This document shows positions 13,627 to 25,618 of a stretch of DNA of 64,000 bases, piece after piece. The notes under the pieces were generated by a model. That model was not told where the DNA came from. It made no database searches and saw nothing but the letters and a program-made list of their open reading frames with translations. Source of the DNA: Lama glama (Eukaryota); assembly GCA_028534125.1 (NCBI GenBank), contig CM052818.1, positions 42,968,001-43,032,000 of the forward strand, read 5' to 3'. Position 1 is the first letter of the stretch; each line of letters starts with the position of its first letter. Position numbers and translations under genes: made by a program.

Positions 13627-14249
13627 AGTTACATGTCATAGAGGAAATCTCTTTGCTAATATAACTGAAATTATTCTTTTTTCAAATAAGTATCTCATGC
13701 AGGAAAAAGCTGGAGAATTTTATGACTGAAAATTCCTTTGAAAATAACTGACAGGCATCATGGGCATTTGGAAATCATTTTTCATTTTATAAAATAATTT
13801 CGTGCACTTAATCTTCTTGCCTTTCCTGATAAATACATTAAGTGACAGCCCTATCAAGTTGCAGAAAATTTTGCAACGGATCAAACTTAAATCAATTATT
13901 TAAAATGGAATATCCACAAATGGGAGGGGGAGTTTAAATGTTCGTCTTTTGACTCCAAACGTTTGCTCACATTCAGCAAATGATACCAGGTTCTGATGAA
14001 CAGTTTTCAGCCCATGTTATGTGTAAGCCACGACGGTAAGTGCCACATGGATGCTCAGGGCTCTCAGATGAGAGCTTCAACCTCAAAGAGCTCTTACTAC
14101 AGTAGGGGTGGCACTTGTGCCCATGAATATTCATAACCCAGAACAGAACGGATTATGTTTTATGGGCACCAGAGGAGGGAGAGGGTTATTTCAACTAAGG
14201 TGCCAGGGAGAGTTCCTGGAAGAAGAGGAATTTGAATTGAGCCTTGAAG

Positions 14250-14420
14250 TAGGATCAGTAGTCACGGGTGCAGGACCTGTCCAGTCACACAGGGCTCCAT
14301 GCTTAGGAGGCCTGCACTTCTGAGTTAATGCTCTGCTGTCTTGAAGTACCTAACAATTTCTAACAAGGACCTCTGTATTTTTATTTGTACTGGATATCAC
14401 AAATTTCAAAGCTGATCCTA
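14250..14420. mobile_element. hAT-Tip100 MITE (MER45A-like)
   Basis: Perfect 9-bp terminal inverted repeat taggatcag/ctgatccta; internal gacctgtccagtcacacagggctcc and ttaatgctctgctgtcttgaa. Confidence 0.8.
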
Positions 14421-14449
14421 AGACAGAATTCCATGGGCAGATGTGTTAA

Positions 14450-14565
14450 AAATAAATATTTAATATAAATAAATATACATATATAAAATAAATAAATATA
14501 AAAATAAACATTTATTCAAACCACCCATTGTATAATTACATGTATAAATGCATGTATAATAATTC
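14450..14565. repeat. AT-rich low-complexity tract
   Basis: aataaatat-type repeats seen directly. Confidence 0.75.
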
Positions 14566-15824
14566 ATATGAGGTTAAAGAGTGAGAAAGCAACCCAGTTC
14601 TGGGGCTGTGAACATTTCTGTGGTCTGATCTGCTTTCTATATAAAGCTGACTGCAGCCAAATTACTTCTCAGCATGTGGGACTAGTCTTCTTTAAGTCCA
14701 GGGTGAAATGTGGCTTTGCCTTTGCCGCTCAGAATCTGCTCAAAGGATAGAAAAGTACGAAGTGCTAGAAATCAGCCTGATTCAGGATATCTCATACAAG
14801 TACATTGGGATTATATCTCAGATAAGTACCTTGGTATTTTCCACATATTTTATCTATTTCTTCTTGTTCAATATTGGCTTCTTTCACACTGCTCTGTGCT
14901 TCCATTTTTAACAACCCCAAATATTGGCTTCCTTGATCTTTGAATGTTTCCTCTTTGTTTACAATCTTGTACCCATAACACACAGCTTGGATAGACCCCA
15001 TTTCTTGTTATTAACCTTCTTCAGTTTATTCTTCCTATGAATAGCACACTAGTTTCTTGAATTCTTAGCTCCCTTGGCCATTGTGGCTATGCTCTCCTAC
15101 AGAGGTCACAGCAGGTATGGGCCAGTGTTGGAAGCCTAAGCATGGCAACATGGAGGGCTTTGTTTTATGGTCAGCATCTTCTGCAGTGGGCATGCCTTTG
15201 GAACAACTGATCTTAACTCTACCCCCAAATTAGCATAAGCCCCGCCCTACAGAGCTCATCTTAAAAGGAAAGCTCTGACAAAGAGCTGAGAGTAGAGTCT
15301 CTTTCAAGTTAATTTTTATATCTCCATTTCAACCATTGTCCTGACCAACGGAAATATGTGTGGGTTTATAAACCAGAGCCTTGGGTCATAAGAACAGTTT
15401 TCTCTTCGATGTTCTTGAGACTTGAACAGAGCTTCAGAATAATCTTTTACTGCGTCTGCAACCCTGAGGTGTTACTTTTGAAATCTCTGAACTTATTTTT
15501 AGCACTCAATGCTAGTTTCAAATAAACACGGAATAGCAGATAACTATCCCCTCTTCCTTTTGAAAGAGGTATTCTAAAAATGCATTGCTTAAAAGTCCTT
15601 TCGAAAATGGACTATGAATGGATGAATCAACGGGAATATGAGCTCCCCATTCCTACAGGAAAAAGTTCCCATCACTTCTGGGATCGGGTCCTACAAACCT
15701 CTTTAGTTATGTCTTCCACTGCTTCTCCATGCACAGCTGTTTCTGGACACGTGCTCACTTCATTGCAATGAATATACCGTGCATCTTCATATCTCTGCGT
15801 GTGTGCGTGTCATCCTGCTGTGCC

Positions 15825-16050
15825 ACAGTGAAAAGTGCCTTGAACTCAAATAGATTATATTCAGATACCAATGACACCATTTGCTAAGTGTGTGACCTTG
15901 GGCAATGCTGGTAAAATCTATAAACCACATTTTTTTTTGCCATCTATAAAATGGGGGAAATCATAGCAAACTTTTGATGTTATTAAATTTTAATGAGATC
16001 ACATTCATTTGAACATTTAGTACTTGTCTGTACATATACAGGTTGTTTAT
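15825..16050 (+). mobile_element. MIR
   Basis: ccatttgctaagtgtgtgaccttgggcaa ... catctataaaatgggg ... taatgagatca. Confidence 0.8.
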
Positions 16051-17140
16051 ATAAGTGTCCATATCTTCATCTAGGTAACTCTTATTTACCTTTCAGGGAT
16101 TAATGGAGGCTTCCCTCTTTCCAAAAGCAAATCATTATGTCTTAGGTTTCTCCCCGCTCCCAGCCAGAGCAAATGGCTACTTACGTGTATTTAATTCCAT
16201 CATAACTGTTATGTCACCATACTATAACTGTCATTCTTGCCTAGCGGGATTGTGTCTTTCTTATCCTAAAATCCACAGGGAATGTCCCTATTCCTGACTT
16301 GTATTTGTCACTCAAATATTTATTAAAATAATGGATAGAAATTCTATTAGCCCATTTAATTAAATAAGTTTATATTTTGACTTACGGTCATATCTAAGTC
16401 TAATTAAATGTGAGCATAGACCAAATGTCCTTGTCTAAGCTCTCTGTCCCCCCACGTCTGTCCTAGTCTGTTTCTATTTCCCAGACCAGCTTTCAAACTT
16501 AGAATGAAGGTGGGGTTTCCTGCTTCATCAGAGGCATTGCACACATGTCAGCATAATACCGTGGGGGGTCTTTTGGAAATTTTTTTCTCAGATTTAAATT
16601 CTTATTGCTTTGGGATCTTCTTGAGTTTGAAACAAATGCAATTAAAATATCTGCATAATTGATGCATGTGGGACTTCAATCACATTTTTCTTTTAGGAAC
16701 CTCATTCTCAATCTCATTATAAGCTCTGATTTTCTAGAAATAGACCAATGGGCCCATCAAAGTCCTCAGCTTCATAGGAAACAGCAGTCTTGACCTCCAC
16801 CTCATTGTGCCTGTGAGATACAGTCAACCCGCAGCTGACTGACCCCAGGTGATTCTCATGCCATGTTACTATCTTAAGCTGATGAACTGTTAAAACAGCA
16901 AAGCGATGTGATTTGAACTGTGCTAGTTATTGGTTAGCAATTATGTCATCATCATCTCAAATAGATGCATGCACTTTAGTGAACACAGTAATACAAGGCG
17001 TGTAACCCACTGAATTCACTGTCTCTCTACCTCACAGCTCTGTGCTGGTTTATGTTAAACGGCTCAGGCTCAAACCCTGGGTTAGAAATTGATTAGTTGT
17101 TTGATCTCCATCAAGTCACTCAGTCTCTCTCAGATGGATC

Positions 17141-17455
17141 CAGCAGTCCTTAGAGTAAGGTCTGGGGTTCCCGAAGTCCTTGGTTCCCTTCCGAGGATAT
17201 ACAAGTAAAGCCAAGACTACAGCCACTAACATGGACACGATTTGCCATTTTACAATATTGCTGTAATGGAAATCAGTGTTTTACAAAACAAAAGTGTAGT
17301 GGAAATACCACCGTTATTTTGCATTTGGGTAAATTGCTTTAATGCCTGGCTTCATAGGAGACAGCTGGATTCTTACATTGGCTTCTGCATTCAATCTTTT
17401 TGCAATGTCACGTCTTGTAGACTCTGGGAACCACCACTGTACACTCATGCAAGGC
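17141..17455. mobile_element. Charlie1-family hAT remnant(s)
   Basis: tttaatgcctggcttcataggagacagctggattctt ... cttctgcattcaatct ... ccactgtacactcatg matches the recalled Charlie1 subterminal sequence. Confidence 0.7.
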
Positions 17456-17788
17456 TTGTAACCTCCTCCAAAACCAAGCTATTTGGATTGACTAAAACGT
17501 AAAGGATGGGGCAGCCAAGGGTAGGGAAACAGACTGGAGACATAGGCTAGACTGTAAAGAACTCTACGTATAAAGCAGCTTCATTAGAGGGCTTAAAGAG
17601 AGGGCATGGATGGTAAGACTAGCAATTTAGAAAGCTTACTATGTGCTCGAATGTTCTGTGAGAAAAACTGTCTGACTTTGCCGCCTAAACACTGTAGTTA
17701 TGGGGAGAGTTGGCTGTAGTTTTGCTCAGTCCTATTAAAAATCACATCTTATTTCCCAGTCTTATAACCTGGTTTCTTAGACATGAAG

Positions 17789-17809
17789 ACACACACACAC
17801 ACACACACA
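17789..17809. repeat. (CA)n microsatellite
   Basis: Seen directly. Confidence 0.95.
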
Positions 17810-17844
17810 GAGCAATTAATGATACCAATTAACATGAAACTGGA

Positions 17845-18490
17845 CGGAGGCAGTTCAAGAACCCCACTGTCTTTCCCCCGTGGAACTGCCGTCCGGCTCA
17901 GGTCGGAGGTCCCCCTCTGGTCTACACGACGCAGGCTGTAAATCTAAGCGTTGGAGTCTCACACATCAGAGCCTAAAGCAGGAACAGCATCTTGTCCTCA
18001 CGTGTCTCTCTGTTATCACAAAGGACAATGACTTCTGGAAGTCACCTAGCGGACTCTTTATGTCTCTCCGGCTTGAACTCAGCTACATTTTTACCGCTTC
18101 AACAATCGCTGACTTGGACAAACCGTGACTGATGCCTGGAGGCCGGGCACCCTCCCACCAGAACAGAGTCGGGGACCTGGTAGCCGGGCAAAGGGGCGGA
18201 CTCGCTGTTAGGTAAATACCAACAGTCTCTGCCACGCCCTGCCAGTTCAGCTCCAGAATAGAACTATTGCCACTTGACCCATCAGGAGACCTACCTGATT
18301 CTTGTAACTGCTTTTGAGTCTGATTCCAGAATCCTGGTTGTCCCGAGTTACTCCTGTAAGCTCCCTGGACCTTCCCTGGCTCCCTGATTATGTTGTAACC
18401 CCCGCCTCCTTGACTTCCTCCACCCCCCCCCATCGCCGTGTGCGCATGCCCGGGCCCTCGGCTGCCTCCTCCCCAGGCCCCGCTCCTCAC
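17845..18490. promoter_or_regulatory. CpG-enriched segment, candidate regulatory element
   Basis: About 28 CpG in about 650 bp by hand count; GC-box-like ggggcgga and ccccgcct; partial NRF1-like tgcgcatgc at 18441. Confidence 0.35.
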
Positions 18491-18776
18491 CTCTAATTTC
18501 TCTGCCTCTGATTTCCCATTTGTATCAGCTCTTTGAATGCCTCCTTCTTTGTCTTCTCAGTCTCTTCTGAGCCATAAAGAGAGGCACATACATTTTAGTG
18601 CAAGCTGTTTAAGATACTTCACAGTGTATGCATAAGACTTGCCAACACCCGCCAGCATTTTTTTCCTGAGATGAATCAGCCCTGATTCCAGTCTGTTCCT
18701 CTGCTGACTAGCTGGATCTGGGGTAGAACAAGCGCCCATGACTAAGCAGTGAACCTTAGTCTTTTACAGCATCTCA

Positions 18777-18963
18777 TAGTGGTTCTCAAAGTGTGGTTCC
18801 CGAACCAGCAGCAGTCACAGCATCCCCTCGGAAAGGGTGAGAAACCTAAACTCTCAGGGCCCCACTCCAGACCTGCTGAACCAGAAACCCTGGGGACGGG
18901 GCCCGGCAAGCTGTGTTTCTGATCCAGGTGATTTGGATGCATGTTCAAGTTTGAGAACCACAG
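18777..18963. mobile_element. MER5A hAT-Charlie MITE
   Basis: tagtggttctcaaagtgtggttcccgaaccagcagc ... ctcagggccccactccagacctgctgaa ... caagtttgagaaccacag. Confidence 0.9.
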
Positions 18964-19909
18964 CAATTGAAATACGAGAAACCTGGAGTTAAGCAGTGTG
19001 ACCTTGGTGGAGTTAAGAGCTCCTTTGTAAGTTAAGAAAAACAGATATTGATGACAAAATACTTATGGGATGAAGATTAAACGGGCTCCTATTTGTAAGA
19101 CACTTAGCTCGATTCTTGTCACTTATTAAGGATATAATTTTGTCCTCCTTTTTTCCTCCTCCCTACCTTTCAGAATGTTATTTATAATGATTATTTTTTT
19201 GAATCACGGTCTCTGTTAATCCTAGCCTGGAAGGCAGATTTATTCCAATTTTCCAAATGCAATGGTTTTATACATTAAGCCGCCTCCTTGGAAAGGAAGG
19301 ATATGTATTAAGCACTGAAGCTTTCCTTTCCTCTCCCAGCGTTTTAACTTCGCCCTCTTGCCGCTCCTGTGTTCTGACTCACCAGGACCCAGATAGCGAG
19401 TCTTTAACAGGCGCCACCTGTGCTCTGAGGCGGGGGCTACCGTGATTCTCCAAGCCATGCACCCACTCTCTCTCCTTTCTCGCTCTCTTTTATCTCCTGG
19501 TTGGAATTCATACAACTGGTATTTCATTTCCTTAAAAGTCACTTTTCTTCAGGGTGAAAATGATGCTGGCATATGCCAAGTTTCCTAGCCATGGGATTGT
19601 AATTGAGAAATATCACCGTCTGTTCATATTCTGCCTGAGAAATGTGCTCAAATGGATGCTGATGGCGGCTGCAAATGGTCTCAGTTAGCAGGACCGGGTG
19701 GCTTCACTATTTGGTGCGTGATGTCACAACACAAAGTAGGCATCGATTCTGCTGCTGCACACATGCTTCCAAGTGGTTCCCGGCTCTGGCTCTCAGCAGC
19801 AGGATGTTGGCTCGCCTTAGTGTGGGCCAAGGGTGATTCTGTTTCCAAATGCTTCTGGGAGGAAAGACTGGCTATTCTTTTTCCTGAAAAAGCCTATTCT
19901 AAGAACTGT

Positions 19910-20525
19910 AGCAGTTAAGAACCCACATTTCCTGAGCTCCTAATATAGGTATAACTGTGTTAGTTTCTTTAAAAATATTGTCTTGATTCTTTAAAAAAAT
20001 TTTTTTATTGAAGTGTAGTTGATTTACAATGTTAGTTTCAGGTGTACAACAAAGTGATTCATTTATACATATACATACATCTATATTTTCTTTTCTGATT
20101 CTTTTCCATTATATGTTATTACGAGAAATTGAATATAGGTCCCCGTGCTATTCAGTAGGTCCTTCTTTTTTCTCTGTTTTATATATAGTAATGTGTGTCT
20201 GTCAATCCCCCACCCCTAATTTATCCTTTCCCACCCTTTCCCCTTTGGTAACCATAGTTTATTTTCTATGTCCATGAGTCTGTCTTTGGTTTGTACATAG
20301 AATTTGCATCATTTATTTTTAGAATCCACATAAAAGTGATATTATATGGTATTTGTCTTTCTCTGTCTGGTTGTCTTGATTCTTTACGATAATCCTTCAA
20401 AATAGAAACTAAGCACCATTTTACAGGCGAGAAAAGTAATGTTCAGAGAGTATAACTGATATTTTCAAAGTCACACAACTGTTAAATAGGAGCATTTTGT
20501 TATTACCCCGATCTCTGGGCTTCCA
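19910..20525 (-). mobile_element. MIR split by an L1 insertion
   Basis: cacatttcctgagctcctaata lies left of the L1 and ccattttacaggcgagaaaagtaatgttcagagag ... caaagtcacacaact lies right of it. Confidence 0.65.
19994..20370 (-). mobile_element. Young 5'-truncated L1 3' end
   Basis: ttttttattgaagtgtagttgatttacaatg...; perfect 16-bp TSD ttgtcttgattcttta at 19978-19993 and 20371-20386. Confidence 0.95.
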
Positions 20526-21029
20526 GTTCCTCTGCTGTTTTCAGAGTGACAGGATGAATAGGAAGGTAAGTTATCAGGAACGTCCAGTGAGCCTTTATGT
20601 GCTGGAGAATTTGATCACTGTAGAAGTTGGTGTAAAGTAACCTGATTATGTGGGTGTGTGTTTGCATGCATGTGCATGCATGCTGTGTATGTTTTAAATA
20701 CTGGATTTGCTACCAGCTAAGAGCTACTAATTATGAACAGACTTTGGATTGCTGACTTTTAGCCTACCCTCCTACTGGATGTCATAGAATCATTTTGTAT
20801 CTAATTAAACGAAAGAGTGGAGAATGCCTTTATTCATTTTTCCATTGTTTACTACCCAGTCACTTATTAGTCATTAACAAAGATTAGGCACCCGCTTGAC
20901 ATTGCATTGTGTGCTGGGAATAAACAGGTAACAGGATAATCCTCGCCTTTGTGAGTCTTTGACCTGTTTATGTCTTAAAGAAGTTATGTGTTTTACATTC
21001 AAGATTTTCATGCATTAGTCATTTCAGTG

Positions 21030-21230
21030 GCTTAGGAAGCATGGTGCTTCCATCTTAGCTCGGCCATAATAACTGGATATGTGACTCTAAATTACTTTAC
21101 CTTCTGAATTTGTTTATTCATCTGTCAAATGTGAAGTATAAGTGCCCACACTGACAGCTTCTCAAAATGAAGATCAAATGGATAATGTATATAATGGCAA
21201 CTTGCGATCTCCGAAGTATGATGACGTTAT
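21030..21230 (+). mobile_element. MIR
   Basis: tgtgactctaaattacttt ... ttcatctgtcaaatg ... tgaagatcaaatggataatgtat. Confidence 0.6.
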
Positions 21231-21499
21231 CTTATGTTAATATATGAGTTAACAATATATTACTATGACTATAATTATTATGAATATTTTAAAAATATTA
21301 TGTGAATTAGTTAGTGAGGTTATCAGTACTCAATAACCATAAACTCCTTAAAATTTACAACTTCACTTTCTTCACTCAGAAACTAAGGGTGATTGCATTT
21401 TCACTTCTGTTTCAGAAGGCTTGAAAGTTTAAACAGTTCTCATCGGTAATTCTGAGGATGCTCCAATGGAAACTGGTTGAGAAGCCTTGTGGAAGACTG

Positions 21500-21690
21500 G
21501 AGAGACAGCACAGGCTGGAGAATAAAGCAGACCTGCCTTCAAAACCTGCTTCTATTTTTTGCTGAAAGACAGATGGCTAGAATAAAAAATTATTTAATAA
21601 GGGAAGAGTAACATCTAACTTACAGAATTCTTGTGATGATTAAATGAGATAAAATACGTGGAAATTATCAAGGCCATAAATAGTTTATTT
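21500..21690 (+). mobile_element. MIR (partial)
   Basis: gcagacctgccttcaaaacctgcttct ... ttgtgatgattaaatgagataaaatacgtg. Confidence 0.6.
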
Positions 21691-22048
21691 ATGGTTATTA
21701 GAAGTTGGCAAAACATAGTCCTTGGAGGTACTGATGGTAGATTCGTTTTTCATTTTTAACCAATAATTTTCTGTTTCAAGAAATTTCAAATAAATCCAAG
21801 AAATACAATTTAAATATTATTATCCTTCATTTATAGACAAATCTGTTGTTATTTATTGTATATGTAGCCAAGGAAGGGATTTTTAGTGCCTGGCCTCCAG
21901 ATCACTCTTGTTTCAGACTAAAACTAAAACTAAAAAGGCACAGTTTACAAAGTAAAGAGGAAGCAACAGAGGAAACAGCTCTTTTCCTCAAAGACTTAGC
22001 TTGCAGCCCGGCCTCATACCCATTGTTAGGGAAACACTGGGTGAATTG

Positions 22049-22050
<2 letters not shown>

Positions 22051-22082
<32 letters not shown>
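22051..22082. repeat. (AC)16 microsatellite
   Basis: Seen directly. Confidence 0.97.
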
Positions 22083-22084
<2 letters not shown>

Positions 22085-22509
22085 TTATCTCGAATATCTT
22101 TCCTTCAGGAAGTCTTCTCTGACAGAACCAGGCTACACTGATTTCTTCCTAATCTGAGTTCTTCGAACATAAACTATTCTTTTGAGACTGACCAATTGCT
22201 AGCAGGATATGGCATGAATCCCACGGAGAACACTGCTTCTCAGCCAGATGTGATGGGCTGTGATCTCCCTGAGGACAGACACCCCATTGTACGCGTTGCT
22301 GTCTCTCCCGAGCTGCGTGTAATGTGACGCCCTGCGTATGGAAGGGAATAGACACGGCTTTATTTTCACCACGCTTTTCAGCCTCCTCCCCAAACACTGT
22401 GACCTCAGGTGATTTCTTTCCAAGTGCTTATTTAATCTTCTTCTGCAGAAAACAAAAGCTCATTTAACAAATTATGAATTTCCATCTCATTTTTTAAAAA
22501 CCTGGCATA

Positions 22510-23325
22510 TTGCAGAAGAATTCCTAATTAAATAGGCAGATATTCCACCCTTAAGGAGGTGGAACATAGCTCCCTACTGAGTGTGGGTGGTGCATAGTGA
22601 CGTCTGTCCAACGAATACAGTTTAGAAAGGGAAGAAATGACTTGAGAGTGGAGAAACCTGAGAAATGCTGCCTCAACTTGATCAAGCTCAGTATCAGCAG
22701 TGAAAAGTCATGTAGATGGTTGGTACCTTCCATATGATGTGGTAAGAATGACAATTGACCACTGGAATTTTCTTCTCAAAACAACAACGACTCATAGCCC
22801 CAGTCTTATCATGAAAAAAAAAAACTGAGGGACATTCTACCAAATACCTGACCACACTCCTGGAATCGCCAAGGTCACCAAAAACAAGGAAAGCCTGAGA
22901 AACGCGTAGCTAAAAGGAGCCTAAGGAGACATGATGACTAAATGCAATGTGATTTCCTAGATGGGATTCTGGAAAAAGAAAAAAAAAAACAAAAACCATT
23001 AAGTAAAAACTAATGAAATCGGAACTTTAGTTAATGAAAATAAGCCAAGACAATAAATTGGATATCTTGATAATTTAGAACAGTATTTTGAAGTCAAAAT
23101 GAAATTTGGTAAAATCTGAAGAACATCTGTATTTTAGTTCATAGAAACTCACCAATGTTCATTTATTAGTTTTGGTAATAGGTAACCATGGTTACAAAGC
23201 ATGTTAACATCAAGGGAAACTGAGTAAAGAGGAGATGAGAACTCATTGTTCTGACTTTGCAATTTTTCCGCAAATCTAAAATCATTCCGAATTTAAAAAG
23301 TTTGTTTAAAAACAAAACAAAAACC
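22510..23325 (+). mobile_element. Old L1MC/L1MD-type 3' UTR
   Basis: aaggaggtggaacatagctcc, gagggacattctaccaaatacctgacc, ctaaggagacatgatgactaaatgcaatgtg, ttgcaatttttccgcaaatctaaaat, followed by an A-rich tail. Confidence 0.85.
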
Positions 23326-23494
23326 AACAGCACATCTGTTTCACTCCTAGCACAGCTGGAAAACCCTTGGGAAAGATTAAATGGTTGTGAATGTAACAAC
23401 TACCTGTGGTTTTTCCATAAAGATTAAGAATGATACTCGAGCCACCTGGTAGCCTGTGAACTCCAGAGTGCCTGGGTCTAAACTATGCCTATTT

Positions 23495-23793
23495 ATGGTT
23501 TATGTCAAAGAGCACTCTGCCAAGTACTCATCTCGGAGTTGTGTGGTTTCAAGACTTCAAGGTCATTAAGGTCTTCAATCCACTTTGAGTTTAGTTTAGT
23601 GTGTAGTATGAGGAAATGTTCTAATCTTGTTTTACATGTAGCTGTGCAGATTTCCCAGCATCATTTGTTGAAGAGACTGTCTTCTCCATTGTGTATTCTT
23701 GCCTCCTTTGTTGTAGATTAATTGACAATAGGTGTGTGGGCTCTTCATTCTGACCCATTGATCTATGTCTCTGGTTTTAAGCCAATGCCATGC
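23495..23793 (-). mobile_element. Inverted 5' segment of a twin-primed L1 (ORF2 3' part)
   Basis: Antisense L1 ORF2 (cccagcatcatttgttgaagagactgtc; ccattgatctatgtct) abutting a sense L1 piece that continues the consensus. Confidence 0.9.
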
Positions 23794-24957
23794 AATATTT
23801 TTTTTTTTTGGATCTGTCTCCTAAGGCCAAAGGAATAAAAGCAATAATAAACAAATGGGACCTAATTAAACTTAAAAAGTTTTGCACAGCAAAGGAAACC
23901 ATGGACAAACCAAAAGATAACCTACAGAATGGGATGAAATATTTGCAAATGGTATGACTGACAATGGGTTAACATCCAAAATATATAAACAGTTCATACA
24001 ACTCGATATCAAAAACAAACAACCCAATCCAAAAAATGGGCAGAAGACCTGAACAGACAGTTTCCCAAAGAAGACATGCAGATGGCTAACAGGCCCATGA
24101 AAAGATGCTCAGCAACGCTAATTACTAGAGAAATGCAAATCCAAACAATGATCTGTCACCTCACACCTGTCAGAATGGCCATCATCAAAAAGTCTGCAAA
24201 TAACAAATGTTGGACAGAATGTGGAGAAAAGGGAACCCTTGTACGTTATTGGTGGGATTGTAAATTGGTGCAGCTGCTACGGAAAACAGTGTGGAGGGTC
24301 CCTCAAAAAGCTGAAAATAGAAGTACCATATGATCCAGCAATCCCACTCCTGGGTCTATATCTAGAATAAATGAAAACACTAATTCAAAAAGATTCTTGC
24401 AACCCAGTGATCACAGCAGTACTATTCATAATGGCCAAGACATGGAAGCAACTCAGGTGTCCAACAACAGACAGATAAAGATGTGGTATACACACACACA
24501 TACACACACACACACACATATATGTAATGGAGTATTAGTCATAAAAATGAATGAAATTCTGCTGTTTGCAGCAACGTGGATAGACCTAGAGAATATTACG
24601 CTTAGTGAATAAGTCAGACAGAAAAAGACAAATACTGTATGATATCACTTATATGTAGAATCCTAAAAATAATACAAATGAATGCATATACAAAGTAGAA
24701 ACAGACTCACAGATACAGAAAACAAACTATTGGTTACCAGAGGGGAGAGGATGGGGGAGGAACAAATTGGGGTATGGGGTTAAGAGATACATAGCACTGT
24801 GAATTAAACAGATAAGCAACAAGAATATATCGTATAGCACAGGAAATTAAAGCCATTATCTTGTAAATCTTATAATAACTTTTAATGGAATATAATCTGT
24901 AAAAATATGAAACCAGTACATTGCACACCTGAAACTAATATAATATTGTAAATTAAC
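23794..24957 (+). mobile_element. Sense segment of the same L1 (ORF2 C-terminus plus 3' UTR, no poly-A)
   Basis: ggatctgtctcctaagg ... aacaaatgggacctaattaaac; ORF 24076-24333 contains [32 protein letters not shown], which is the L1 ORF2p C-terminal domain. Ends at gtaaattaac. Confidence 0.95.
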
Positions 24958-25236
24958 AGTTTAGGAAATAGGCATAGTTTATTTTTTTAGATAATAGAAA
25001 TGTACCAATCTTGTACACAGGGACAGAAACAGGAAACAATTTAGTATGTCAACAAGCCATTTGGCATTTCTGGGTCAAAAATTATGAAGACAGTGAGCAA
25101 TGGTGAGAGATGAGGCTAGGAAACTAGACAGAGTGAGTCAAGGTCATGAATGATCTTTTAAAACATGCTAAAATGATTGATTTGTAAGTCACAAACCAGT
25201 ATCTGAAATGACCAGATGGCATCTTGCTATGGTATT

Positions 25237-25618
25237 TGACATAGTCTGCTCAGGTGCCATGAGAGACTACCGCAGGCTGGGCGTCTTAACAAAAATGTAT
25301 TTTCTCACATTTCTGGAGGCAAGAAGTTCAAGATCAAGGTGTTAGAAAATCTGGTTTCTGGTGAGACCTCTCTTTCTCGCTCGCAGACTGCCGCCTTTCT
25401 CTGTGTCCTCGCGTGACCCTTTCTCTGTGCACGTGTGGAGAGAGAGAAGTAGCATCTGATGTCTCTTCCCGCTTTTCTTATAAGAACACCAGTCCTGTTG
25501 GATTAGGGCCTCCCCCTTATGGCCTCATTTGACTTGAATGACCTTCTGAAGGCCCTATTTCCAAATACAGTCACTCTGGGAGTTAGGGCTTCAACACAGG
25601 AATTTTGTCCCTGTAGTA
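25237..25618 (-). mobile_element. MaLR solo LTR (MLT1A-like)
   Basis: ttctcacatttctggaggcaagaagttcaagatcaaggtg ... tcttataagaacaccagtcctgttggattagggc ... ccaaatacagtcac. Confidence 0.88.

Noticed and set aside
14638..14675. TATA box tatataaag with an Inr-like site about 30 nt downstream
   Set aside because: This is a common chance motif next to an AT-rich tract, with no downstream gene evidence.
24076..24333. 85-aa ORF with protein-like motifs (also 7519-7728)
   Set aside because: These are decayed L1 ORF2 sequence, not host genes.
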